A DNA stretch of 39,234 nt from Macrostomum lignano (taxonomy: Eukaryota): positions 1-39,234 of the forward strand of contig NIVC01004655.1 of the NCBI GenBank assembly GCA_002269645.1, in the 5' to 3' direction. The notes beneath the pieces are model-generated. The model made no database searches. It saw only the letters and a list, made by a program, of their open reading frames with translations, and was not told where the DNA came from. This document shows positions 1-28,990 of the stretch, piece after piece. Position numbers and translations under genes: made by a program. Within the stretch, counting starts at the first letter, position 1, and each line of letters opens with the position of its first letter.

Positions 1-831
1 GCGCCAGCTTGCGGCTACAGCGAGATAAAAAACGAATACCCATGTAGAAGGCAGTGGAAAGAGCAAAAATGCACTAAGCTTGTACTAGAAGTCAGCAATG
101 GAAACCCATTTCTAATGTGAACTCCCAGGTCAATCAGATTTCAACTTGGCTTTCCCTTCTTTCTTACTACTTTCCTTCTTCCACACCGCCTCTCTCTCTC
201 ATCAGCTCTGATTTATCCCATTGACTTTTTATCGCGCTTACACCGAAAAGAGAACCAGATAGAGAGATAGAAGGAGGAAAGGGAAGGAGAGACAGAGCTC
301 GCACCGCTGATTTTCTCTATTACATCTCGGCTGGTCGTCCGGGTTCCCTGCTCCTGCCCATCGCCCAGCTCCCAACCCCTAATTTCCTTTCTAAGCATCT
401 CTAAAGCCCCTTTCCAGCTTCATCCTTCTCCTCATCCCTCTGAGCCTTTCGCTTTCCTTTGCCTCCCCCCCCTCGACCGACCCTCCCACCCCATTTCCAA
501 CAAGCCAGTCCGGCAAGTTTTAGCTGCCACTCCAGTTGAGCAACTCTAAACCAATTCTGCATCTGCGATTCGAATACACTAGTATATTCGAATAATATAA
601 CTATATATACTTTGCATACACTAAACAGCATAGTAGCTCGTAAGTATAGTAAGCAGGCAGACAGAAATTCGATGCAAAACAACTCAGACTCTATGCTAGC
701 GTTTTTTATTTGCTGACTTGCACAATTGAACTTATCGAAACTGAATTTATCAATTAATGTAGCTTTATGCTTAGTCGGGGATATACAAATTGTGAAAAAA
801 AGCATCATTTCATTTCCAACAAAGAGCCTCA

Positions 832-4994
<4,163 letters not shown>

Positions 4995-5499
4995 GATGGG
5001 GCATGATTGACCAGGAAAAATCTAAATCACATCGTACGCATTGAAAGCATTCTATAAATAAATACGATTCAAAATAAAAAAACTAGACTCCTTTTTCAAG
5101 ATATGAGTCAATCTGCCGCTTAGGATAATGCAAAATATACAAAAATTTACATCACAAAGCGATAACTTAAATGTGCGCGTCATGCATCTTCGAATCAAAA
5201 CCGCAGTAAAATAAATACTTAAAGTGTGTACTTATACAAAAGCAAAAAGAATATTGTTAAAAGAATCTACCGTTTGAAAATTGTTTTTCGTTTCCCACAG
5301 AATATATCAATTGCCTTTTGCAACAGTTTTCGTTATTAAACTTAAAACTTTGAAGTTTGTTCTCTATCTTTGAAGAATGTGAATTCTTGGCATCTTAATG
5401 CGTTTTAAAATTTCTGAAAAATTAAGAAAAAGAAAGACTTGTAATATCTTGTAAACTACGAATATTTCAGTATCAAATTTTTCACTCACTGACTGAATG

Positions 5500-5595
5500 T
5501 TGGCTGGCAAAGGTCAGCTGGCAAACATCGGCTGGCAAACGTCCCGCAGGCAAACGTCGGCTGGCAAACGTCCCGCAGGCAAACGTCGCTATCCC
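5500..5595. repeat. Short 14-15-bp tandem GGCAAACGTC repeats, probably a MITE end
   Basis: Direct inspection; transposon origin is inference. Confidence 0.7.
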
Positions 5596-6738
5596 TATAT
5601 CTACTCTAGCTATCATTTTTAATATAGTGCAGTTATCCTTTTACTAAGCACTATAACAATTAATCGGAGAATTCATGCGGTTCATTTTCACAGAAACGCT
5701 TCGTGCGCTTCAAATCAGGAATTTTTTAAAACATACATGTATAATTCCAAATGCACATTACGTACGTACATGTATTTTTGTACTAAAGAAACAAATTCTT
5801 TTTTTTATTTCGTCTCTGGCCTGTACGAGTGTGCGAGCTAAAGTTGTAAAGTCGAATAATAATAGAAACCGATTCATTTTGACTCCTATGACACATACAT
5901 GTACGAGTATTTCAGCTAAAAATAGCGTGGGCTCATTGAAGTTGATTGCTGTGAAAGAAGCACGAAAGAAATTTACAAAACGTATGCAAACTATAATATG
6001 TATGCATAAAAGCGATTTAGTGTTTCGGGTCTATACTATAATTTAACAATAGGAATTGTATATTTAGACAGCATTACAAGCATGAAGGTATTTTTCCTTC
6101 AAAGATATTTTTTTTAATTTTTCTAAAGTAACTGCATTAGCATCAGTATACCTGCGACTCAGTAGATGCTGAGTGTTAATACACAGATAAAATATGCATA
6201 GCTATGCAAATATACGTTATTTTGGGGTTTAATCTAAGGAAAAATAAATAGAAAATAGAAAAATCTCTTGAGTGTCGGCTTTCGCTAAATGAACTGCAAT
6301 TTTTATAAAATAAGTATCAGCTGCAGAAATAATAATATCACAATTATGGAACAAAGAGCAATTCATAACCTACCTGACAGATTCGTTAGCAGAAAAATTA
6401 AAAACAACCTTTACTATATAGGTAACAATTAAAGTAAGTTAGATTTCAGTCTTTAGAAATTAAGAGGCAATTTCCATATAAAATATAAAAAATAACAAAG
6501 TCAAGAGTTGTACATAATAGACAAAAATACTAAATTGCTGGTTTAATTGACACACTCGTGTATCACAGTTCAGGGATGATGGACAAAAATTAATAAAATA
6601 TAACTGCCACGTTAACAAAACAACAATAAATACTTGAGTTTTTTCCATTAACCTTTTTTTCATAAAAATCCAAAACTGAATGGTTTGCCGCGGCGAAGCC
6701 CAATCTGTATGATCCTGTCAAATCCCGTTTGTCGAAAT

Positions 6739-18948
<12,210 letters not shown>

Positions 18949-19980
18949 TTCTGACAAAACGGGAAACTGTCGAAGGATAAGGCAGGTGAATAGACATAAA
19001 TATTAATTAATGAAAGCGCGACAACATAATATTTCAGTTATCACGGTTTCTAAGTTAAAAGCGTATGCCACTATTTTACATAGAAACAAAGGAATATGCT
19101 CCGTTAATTTCAGAATGATTTTTAAATCTTTATAACTTTGTAAAAGCTACAAATATTTGTTCAATTTCATTTAAACCTGTTAAAGTATGTTTTTATTTTT
19201 GATATACTATCACTCGGTGTTTTTTCGACAATGTTAAGCTAAAGTAGGCCGGCACAACTTGATTATAATTGTAATACAACCGTTTTTTAGTTCTAAATTC
19301 CGTATATTTTTATGTCTGAAGGATGCATAATTCGTGATCGAAAGGTCCAACTTTTAATTTCTTACAATCAGTAATACAACAGCAGACTTATCAAAAAAGA
19401 TCACAATTAAATTTTGTGTAGATTTCTCTAAATGTATAAAAGTACTTAACACTCAACAGCCTCTTTCATTTACATCTTATCTGCTTTTGTAGCGTGAGCA
19501 TTATCTATCTTGCCGATATGAAAAAACAACATAATTTTGTAAGCAACAAGAGAAAGAACACAAACAAAAAAATCTTATTATCATGAATGTTCTCTCGAAA
19601 CAGTTCCAGCTCACTTTGACTTGAAAGTTGAAATTAGGTGCAGCTTCGGCTTAAAAAAGCTGTTAGGTCGTCAGAAACTTGTAACTCAGAATTTTAGATT
19701 TACTTCTGCTAAATTCACACACCAGAAAATTGTAATTTTCTCTAACTATTCCATTCCGTCAGATAATTTTGTCGTCTTTTTTGTTTACTTTTCAAAATAT
19801 CCGTTTGACTATATTTTTCGGAGAACAAAAAATTTCTTTTATTCAGTTTGCCTCGTGTTCGTGTAATACTAAGAAAGAGTATATTATACTTATTAATAAC
19901 AATAGATATTACAGACAGTAAATCATAATTTAAGAGATCTTTCAGTTCCGTTTTGATCTATACGCAATTTAAGTAGTAAA
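18949..19980. promoter_or_regulatory. Probable shared divergent promoter/5' region of C1orf87-like (-) and CTDNEP1 (+)
   Basis: About 1 kb between opposed start codons; AT-rich, CpG-retaining, no tandem repeats. Confidence 0.6.
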
Positions 19981-22900
19981 ATGCTTTTGAGTCAAAGGAA
20001 TGAACGAGTAGCTTGGTTTCAAGTAGGAGTCTTTGCTCTAATTAGAAACTTTTTTTTGTCTTTCTCAAAAGTATTGACATTCTTCTCTTGGATTCTTCGT
20101 AAAAAGTGTCGTGAGGTTAGTTGATAATAATTCTTTGAACAAGTGACTTGTTTTCATTGTTTTTGTTTAATGTTTTTTGATGCTTTTTGTATAATATATA
20201 TAGGGACTTTGTATGTTAGCCATTGCTGGTAGATAGATAAGCCTATAATAGTTACAGTAAATACTTATAGCATTTAATTTTAGTTTTTTTGTTGAGGCAT
20301 AGCAAAGTAGGCCTTTGAAATTTCATATTTTAAGCCTAGATACAAATTCAATAACAATGTCAATAGTTCCTAGACACTTTATCATCTTATAGGCCTAACT
20401 CTGTTATCTTTAACTTTTTGTTTAATCATCCACTTTAAACTTTAAAAGACTGGACATCTAGCCAAATAGCATGCTTTAAAGTTTGGTCAGTGTGTTAATA
20501 CCAATATTCAATTTATAGATATTGTTAAGTTCAAATATATCTAAAAACTAAGGTCAAACTTTGAGACTATAATGTCCCCACTTTCTCATTCTAAACTTGG
20601 GACTCCAAAGAGTAGTGAGTTACAACTACAAATATTGTTTTATTATAAATTAATATAGAGGTCGGACGGGATTGAAATCTTCGGGCGGGATCGGGATCGG
20701 GAATAATTTTTTTCTCGGGATCGGGATCGGGATTTCGGGAATCGGGATCAGGTCTTTTAGTGTATTGTCCATGTAAAGTTAAACAAAATTGAGAAAAGAT
20801 TGTCAAGATCAAGAAGTAAAACACAACAAAATTGATATGAAGTTTTGTAACCAACAAAGTAAATAATGTAACGAGTACAAGTTAAAGCAAAATACCTTCA
20901 AGTAATCACTAATTCTATAAATTATTTAATCAAAAGACCTGTTCCCAAATCTCGAGTTTTTTAGGGTCGGGATTCTCGTCCCGCGGGAATTCAATTTTCC
21001 TCGGGATCCCGAGATTTCGGGATCGGGATTGGGATCCCATCCGACCTCTAATATAAAATATACTTTAGAAGAAAATGAAAAGATAAATTAAAAAAGATAC
21101 AATTATTAAGGCACAAAGATAGCATTCATTATTTGCAATTGCTATCTTGCAGAATCATGCATTAAACTCACTGTACATATATTTTTTAACTATTGATATG
21201 AAACTTTCCAAAAATGAATATTTTTATTATGCCAACATTTTAGAAGTGTTTTGGCAATAAAATTCCATTGTGCAGTGTTGCAACTTAACTTTAATTGCAA
21301 TTTCCAGGGGTTTTTTTAATTTTAATAACTATTAACAATTTATGCAATTTTGAACTTTTGCACTAATGTCAATGGCAAAAATGTGTCTATTGCCAAAATT
21401 AATTACATACTCTAAGGTTCTAAAAAGAGGGGTTTGGGTTAGAAATATTTTGCTACTAAGCTACAAATATTGCAAATAAAGTGCTTTCTACCTAAAAATG
21501 ACTTGTGGATGACTTTTGTTCCAACATGTATTATGCTTAGTGCTATTTCAATTAACAATTAACAATGGAACTTTAATGCCTGAACACTTCTAAAATGTTG
21601 GCTTATTGAAAATACTCATTTTTCGAAGGTTTTATATCAATAGCTAAAAAAATGTACATATAGTGAGTTTAATGAACAATTCTGCAAGATAGCTTGCAAT
21701 TGTATGGTATTGTGTAGATATTGCTAGTGTTTTTATTTGGTAACTAAAATAAATACCTTATAAATATTTATCTTATTAGGGACTACTGAATATTTGTCCC
21801 TATATATTTTTTCATATGAGTTCAAACTAACTAAAGCTAGTATTCTAGATGGAGTTTAGGCATGATTTATATATGTTTATAGCATTAGGTTTTTATTAGA
21901 TTGTACTATTAATGATTTAAGTACAAAGGATATTTCAGAAAAAACAAACAATAAAAGTATTACACAATATATAAACCTTGTATTTATTTTAGTTACTATG
22001 TAAATAACAATAGTACTATTTATATGGTACCTTGCAATTAACAAGTACTTATCAGTTGTTAGTATTATTAAAAAATGAGATTGTTATCTTGTAATTATTT
22101 TATTCTAAACTTATAATACTGATGGGTGACATTAAATTTAATATTTTCTGGTTGACAAAGTGATTGTATCATAGTTTTGTGGACAAAAGAGCAAACGAAA
22201 TGGCAATAGACAAAACAACTGTTAACTAAGCATTGGTCTAGATGGAAGAAATATAGGGTATATATTTTCAGGATATGTATAGATAGATTTAGATATCCTT
22301 ACAGAAATGCATTTTTATCTGGTTCCTATATTTAATAATATTGGCCACTCAATAACTAAAACTTAAAAGATCATTAAAATCATAGATTTCATAGGTAGAA
22401 GGATAGAGAAATAGAAATGAATATTTATTAAACATTTAAAGCTGTTTTAAGAGAAGTCTTAAGTCCACAAGGTCAGAGACTCATCAATAGATATTTTTAT
22501 ACCACTTGCATACTATATCATTAGGGTTATAGGGGCTAATATTAATATAAATGTCTGTTTAAGAGTGATGGGTTAAAGTATTGCTGTCATTCTTTACTTT
22601 GTCAATTATTGTGGTAAATGATAGAAGAGCATCATTAAAAGTTATGAGAAGTTAAAATATATTAATTAGCTATAGATATATATATATATATATATATATA
22701 AACCACTTTTAGTATTTAGAGATATAGACTATAAGGAGAAACTTTAAATGGCTATGGAGTATGGAAATAAATATAGAAAAATTATGGTTACATTAGAACT
22801 CTACAAAACATCAATACAATGGGATAGAAAATGGAAATATAAACTGAAAAGTCAATAGAAAAATATAGGACAACAAAAATGAAGTACCAAGGTATGCTTA

Positions 22901-25061
22901 AATAAATCTTACTAAATTTGAATTTGAATATTAATCTATAAATATCTTTCCCAGATCCAGCAATACAGGACAGTCAGATATGACATTGCTCCACTGTCGC
23001 CGCATTCCAAATTGCGACTAAGTAAGTTTACTATTAATTTTTTCAATGCAATGCAATATTTTTATTGTAACTTTTGGCACAAGCAAACTGGCCCGGTGCC
23101 ACCAACTGCAGGCCGGGTCAGGCGCAAAACCCTTGTGCTGGATTTGGACGAGACTCTGATTCACTCCCAGCATGACGGCCTGGTGCAGATGGGAGGCCAG
23201 ACAAAACAGCCAGCAGACTTCATTGTTCACGTGAGTTTGAGAGTTTGAGTATGAAATGTGGAATAATAGGAGTTCAATGTGAGATGTGGAATAATGGGGA
23301 TTTCAATATGAGATGTGGAATGATGGGGATTTCAATATGAGATGTGGAATGATGGGATTTCAGTATGAGATGTGGAATGATGGGATTTCACTATGAAATG
23401 TGGAATAATGGTATTTCAATATGAATTGCGGAATAATAGGGATTTCACTATGAAATGTGGAATAATGGGATTTCAATGTGAGATGTGGAATAATGGGATT
23501 TCAATATGAGATGTGGAATAATTGGGGATTTCAATATGAGATGTGGAATAATCGGGATTTCAGTATGAGATGTGGAATAATGGGATTTCAGTATGAGGTG
23601 TGGAATAATGGGATTTCAGTATGAGATGTGGAATGATGGGATTTCAGTATGAGGTGTGGAATAATGGGATTTCAGTATGAGATGTGGAATGATGGGATTT
23701 CAGTATGAGGTGTGGAATAATGGGATTTCAGTATGAGATGTGGAATAATGCGGATTTCAGTTCGGCCGCAATCAACTATCCACCCCATTGTCCGCTTCCG
23801 CAGGTGCGCATCGACCGGCACAATGTCCGCTTCTTCGTGCGCAAGCGGCCTCACGTTGACTTCTTTCTAGACGTCGTTAGCCAGTGGTACGACCTGGTGG
23901 TGTTCACCGCTTCTCTCCAGATCTACGGCGAGGCCGTGGCCCAGCGGCTGGACAATGGCCGCCAGATTCTGAAGCGCGGCTTCTATAGGCAGGACTGCCA
24001 AGTTGACAACGGCAGCTACATCAAGAATCTGGCCGCCGTGTCGCCCGACCTGGGCTCAGTTTTTATTCTGGACAATTCTCCGGGAGCTTATCGCACTTTT
24101 CCAGGTGGGAGAGGTTGACTTTATTCTTGCTTTTTGTGTTCCCTAGTGCCTATTGCCTGCCTTCCACATTCCCCGGGTCCTCAAGCTGTGTTACCCTGCC
24201 AGATCCTCGGTTGCTGGGCCAGCCTCCCAGATCCCCAGTTGCTGAGCCAGCCTCCCAGATCCTCAGTTGCTGGGCCAGCCTCCCAGATCCTCAGTTGCTG
24301 GGCCAACCTCCCAGATCCTCAATCGCTAGGGCAGCCTCTCAGATCCTCAGTTGCTGAGCCAGCCTCTCAGATCCTCAGTTGCTAGGCCAGTCTCCCAGGT
24401 CCTCAGTTGCTGGGCCAGCCTCTCAGATCCTCAGTTGCTAGGCCAGTCTCCCAGGTCCTCAGTTGCTGGGCCAGCCTCTCAGATCCTCAGTTGCTAGGCC
24501 AGTCTCCCAGATCCTCAGTTGCTAGGGCAGCCTCTCAGATCCTCAGTTGCTGGGCCAGCCTCCCAGATCCTCAGTTGCTAGGCCAGCCTCCCAGATCCTC
24601 AGTTGCTAGGCCAGCCTCTCAAATCCTCAGTTGCTAGGCCAGCCTCTCAGATCCTCAGTTGCTAGGCCAGTCTCCCAGGTCCTAGCCTCGCCGTGAAAAA
24701 AAGCTCTAATAATTAACTAGATTCCGAGTTTATGAGTTTCAAAAGTGAGTTTCAAACTCGCGACAGGTGCCTGAGTTATTTGTTGTCATCAATCCATCTC
24801 AACCACTGAGCCAGAATCTCGCCTGTGTGTAAATTTTGTACACACACTATAAGGATCCTCGTCGCACTCATCTCATGCTACTCTTCAGTAGGCGATCTCT
24901 CTTATCCAATTCCGCCATCCGCAGAGAACGCCATCCCCATCGTGTCGTGGTTCTCGGACAGTTCGGACACGGCCCTACTGGCGCTGCTGCCGGTGCTGGA
25001 CTCGCTGCGGTTTGTCACCGACGTGCGCAGCGTGCTCAGCCGCAATCTGCACAGATCCTGA
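19981..25061 (+). CDS. CTDNEP1: CTD nuclear envelope phosphatase 1 (dullard/Nem1 family HAD phosphatase), 252 aa; exons 19981-20115, 22955-23021, 23112-23230, 23804-24104, 24925-25061
   Basis: Spliced translation [90 protein letters not shown]...[27 protein letters not shown]...[25 protein letters not shown]...[12 protein letters not shown]. Contains the DxDxT motif DLDET and a hydrophobic N-terminus. All introns are GT-AG and phases are consistent (759 nt). Confidence 0.95.
20658..21048. mobile_element. Young MITE with CGGGAT subterminal repeats in CTDNEP1 intron 1
   Basis: TIR GAGGTCGGA(C/T)GGGAT; flanked by direct repeat TAATATA (20651-20657, 21049-21055). Confidence 0.85.
21133..21700. 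mobile_element. Old, decayed foldback element in CTDNEP1 intron 1
   Basis: About 140-bp diverged inverted arms (21133-21271 vs 21561-21700), e.g. GCTATCTTGCAGAAT / ATTCTGCAAGATAGC and GCCAACATTTTAGAAGTGTT / AACACTTCTAAAATGTTGGC. Confidence 0.7.
22676..22700. repeat. (AT)n microsatellite
   Basis: Direct inspection. Confidence 0.9.
23245..23760. repeat. 28-29-bp minisatellite (GAGATGTGGAATAATGGGATTTCAGTAT) filling CTDNEP1 intron 3
   Basis: Direct inspection. Confidence 0.97.
24195..24680. repeat. 28-bp minisatellite (CAGATCCTCAGTTGCTRGGCCAGCCTCY) in CTDNEP1 intron 4
   Basis: Direct inspection. Confidence 0.97.
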
Positions 25062-25697
25062 GCTGCTGCTGCTGTGCACCTATATTTATTATTGTTCATT
25101 TTTGTTAAATTTGAAACATTTTGTGTCTCTGTCTGTCTGGTCAATTTGTTTGTTTTAATGCGTGTTTTTGAACTGTTTAGACAAGATTTCTTCTGCCCCA
25201 ATGCCGTCCGGCTTTTGTTGCAAAACAGTCTCCATCTTTTTTGCAGTCAGTTTGAGAATAGTAGCAGTTGACTTAATCCAGAAGGCAGAACGCTATACTC
25301 AAGACAACTGCTGCAAAACTTTTGGACAGCCAGCAGTTATCTTTAATGTAGCGTTCTGCCACTCTGGATCGTACTTGCGCAACACCCGGCCGACTGGCGA
25401 GGGGCCCAGCCAAAGGTAAGTCGCAAAAATCCCCCAAAAATACTGACCTAGTGCTAATTAGATGACGAGGTATTTAGCCCTAATAGTAGAGTCAGCTTAC
25501 TCTCGCCGTTTACCCAAAATGACGTTAATTTTGCTTAGGTATCTTTCACAGGTAAGTCGCATTTTTGGCACGGCCGGTGTAAATCAAGGGGGTGCGCATG
25601 TATGCTCTGAATTATAAAGCAACTAACTGCTCTGCTCTTAAGCTCAAACTGACTGCAATGTAGTTAGCACAGCTCTAACTCTAATGGTGAGAATTTA

Positions 25698-25832
25698 CCA
25701 TAGACAGTCTCTCGGTGGGCGTGAAACCTGGATTTCTCGTCTGCCGCCTTAAATTGGAGGGGGGGTTCAATTTGGCTCCGCGAAGCCCCGTTCGCACCAA
25801 TTGGCTACTGAAGATTGCTTTGTTGTCTATGG
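25698..25832. mobile_element. Small MITE with CCATAGACA/TGTCTATGG termini, TA-flanked
   Basis: 13-bp inverted repeat at 25694-25706 and 25824-25836; a near-identical end also occurs at 1201-1220. Confidence 0.55.
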
Positions 25833-26797
25833 TAAAAGCTGCAATGCCGAATCTCTGCAGTGCTCATTATCAGAGACTTCTGCGATATAAATTTACCATA
25901 GACAAATAATAGAGTAAAGATAATTAAGTAGTGTAGTTGTACCCCCAAATTTAAGGCAGACAAGCAGTCTATGCTTTTAATCATCCATGGTTCAGACTGA
26001 CTACAATCTGAGTTAATATTTGTTCCGAGCTTTTGTCTATGGCTAAGAAAACCCGACGCAGATCTGACGTTACAATAATTAATTGATGGTTTAATGAAAA
26101 CTAGTAAATAATATGCAATTAATTTATTTTCATGCACAAATTTTCACGACAAAACTCTTTACAGACGCTCAAAAGTAGTAGTCAAGTGGTGCGGGTGATT
26201 GTTTTGCTGCTTGTATAAATGTGTGTGTGCTTGTGATTGCATGACTTGGGCAGCATTTTAATATATTTCTTTATGGTTTCTATAGAGCTTTTTAAGAATC
26301 AAGTAAATAAATAATGCAATTAATATTGCTGTATGCACACTTTCCATTGGCTGATTGGAGATTTGCAATAGGAGACATATGCGGCATTGTTTAGAGGGTA
26401 ATTAGCACTGAGCCTTTACTCACTGACTCGGTTTGATTCAGTCTTATCAACAATTAAATCTTTTGCAAAAAATGTTGTCAGCGAAATTTCTCTGATAAAA
26501 AATTGTGCGATTCATTTATTTGTTAAATTTGCTTTTTATCTAGCTGTGTGCTGCCCTGTCTACTTGTCTGTGACTGTCTTTTGCCATTGTTATATGCTGT
26601 ATCCGCTGAGAGTAGTATGTGCTGAGTTGGGGATTCAAATATGATATAATATTATATTTGCATGTACATTCTAAGCCTATTAAAATACTAATAAATATAT
26701 TTGCCATGCTCTGACACTCTGGCGGAACTGGATATCCCACACTCATTAGAACTGTGAATTGTGACCTTCGATTGTCAGTTTTTTTCTGGGTGGCAAC

Positions 26798-27139
26798 CAA
26801 GGACTACTTAAGTAGAAGGACACAAGACTCAGAATTTCATTGGAGGCCGATTTTTTAATGTATCTCCTGTGCACGATATTGATCGTAAGATGCTTATTTT
26901 GTCGCAGAATAGGCAGTAACATATGCACTTTCAGTTAAGACATCAATAAGTTGAATAATTCGGACTTTAACAGCTCAAAATACTTGTCAACAGTACAGTC
27001 CTATATACTAAAAAAATAATCTAAAACTGCTGATTTTATTATGTCAAAATAAACAAGAAAGAACGTCAAAAGAGACGAAACTCCAAACTAGCAAGGTAGC
27101 AGATACAGGAAGAAAGATTTAAGACACTAGTCGTCCTTG
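26798..27139. mobile_element. hAT-like MITE, same CAAGGAC-end family, 342 bp
   Basis: Left end CAAGGACTACTTAAGTAGAAGGAC, right end AGTCGTCCTTG; perfect 8-bp TSD GTGGCAAC at 26790-26797 and 27140-27147. Confidence 0.85.
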
Positions 27140-28370
27140 GTGGCAACACGCCAAGTTGGGGTGGGCACTCGGCGGTGAACGTAATGCCATAAGGGCCAAC
27201 CCCAAGGCAGGGTGATTTTGTGGAGATTGTGTTGAGGAGGGTCTGTGCTGAGGCGGATCTGTGCTGTGAAGGATCTGCTGTGGAGGGTCATCTCTCTTGT
27301 GCATTTTTATTTTTCGGGATTTTGACTTTTTAGACTTTTGAAGCTGTCTCTGAATATGTAATATTGACTGTGAAAAAAGACTTTTTTTTGCCTAATTTCA
27401 AGCACCTGATCTGTTACTTAATGGAAAATTCGCTTTTATTGCAAAATTTCGCCATTGGTTTACTGTTAGTAGTCTGTTAAATTAGTCTGTTAGTAACAGA
27501 AAGGCGCTCGAATCTTGGAATTTGTTACGGAATCAATACACCATGTGACCGGCGTGTAGACTGCAACTTCCGTGTTCGAATCAAGCAAAGGGTCTTTGTT
27601 ACTTTTGCGCACAAAATAATCGCTTTTTCTGCGCGCTGTTTACTTGGCAACAAAAGCTGCTGTCTTTTGTATAACTCCAGTTTAATCAAGAGTTGGAGCT
27701 GAACATATATTTAAAAGTGGACAGGCGCGGCGGCGCCTCAAGTAGCGCTTTGAGACGGCTCTGAGAACGCTATATATGCGCTCCTTTATAATGCCGCTCT
27801 GTGTGGTACTTTCAATTGCGGCTTGAGTTTCTCCCCTTATACAGCGCTCGCCGCCTGTGTGAGGGCTATGAGGAGAGGAAAAGGGAAGTGTGAAAATGCG
27901 CGCGAGAGAGAGAGACCGTCGGAGAAGCGGCAGTGTGTCGGTTTCTCCCACTCACAATATACTCGTAGCTATCCGCGCCTTTGATTCTCAATTATTTTGG
28001 CTGGCCAACGGCAGAATTGGCACTCAAGTGTTGGAGTTCCTTTTTAGAGGAGGCTTCGGCTAAAGCCTTGGAAACTCAACACCCAATTAATAGGCTCTTT
28101 GCTTAGCCGTTTGTTCCTAACTTTCTGCTGTGAATAGCCGCCCCCCCCCTCAGATCCTCTATTGTTCGCGATAAAAGCGCTGATTGCGACTCTCAATGCG
28201 ACCCGGCAGTTCATTGGCTCGTACCGTAGAGAGTGTCTGCTGTGGCTGTCAACTTTTTCTGTCGCCTCAGATAGACAAAAAATACAAAACTAAACCAAAA
28301 TGTCAAAAAATATTTGTCAAGAGATACTTTAAATTCTAAAAGTAAAAATATCAAGTCCAAATCTAACAGA

Positions 28371-28990
28371 CAGACAGATTGCAATAGATACAGATTGCAA
28401 TAGGCACAGATTGCAATAGATACAGATTGCAATAGGCACAGATTGCAATAGATACAGATTGCAATAGGCACAGATTGCAATAGATACAGATTGCAATAGG
28501 CACAGATTGCAATAGATACAGATTGCAATAGGCACAGATTGCAATAGATACAGATTGCAATAGGCACAGATTGCAATAGATACAGATTGCAATAGGCACA
28601 GATTGCAATAGATACAGATTGCAATAGGCACAGATTGCAATAGGCACAGATTGCAATAGATACAGATTGCAATAGATACAGATTGCAATAGACACAGATT
28701 GCAATAGGTACAGACTGCAATAGGCACAGATTGCAATAGACACAGATTGCAAAAAATAGGCACAGATCGCAATAGACACAGATTGCAATAGACACAGATT
28801 GCAATAGACACAGATTGCAATAGACACAGATTGCAATAGGCACAGATTGCAATAGGCACAGATTGCAATAGGCACAGATTGCAATAGGCACAGATCGCAA
28901 TAGGCACAGATTGCAATACACAGACTGCAATAGACACAGATTGCAATAGGCACAGATTGCAATAGACACAGAGTTCAATAGACACAGACT
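28371..28990. repeat. 16-bp minisatellite (CAGATTGCAATAGRYA), with a 32-bp dimeric pattern in the left part
   Basis: Direct inspection. Confidence 0.97.

Noticed and set aside
5675-6046. 123-codon ORF in AT-rich intergenic DNA
   Set aside because: No recognisable homology or splice signals; compatible with chance.
22200-22895. Protein-like stretches interrupted by TAA/TAG (possible alternative genetic code), with a donor-like GTATGC near 22892
   Set aside because: No recognisable domain, stops include TGA in other frames, and neighbouring genes use standard stops. Best explained as AT-rich intron.
23084-23111. Alternative upstream acceptor in CTDNEP1 intron 2
   Set aside because: Adds 28 nt and shifts the frame before the catalytic motif.
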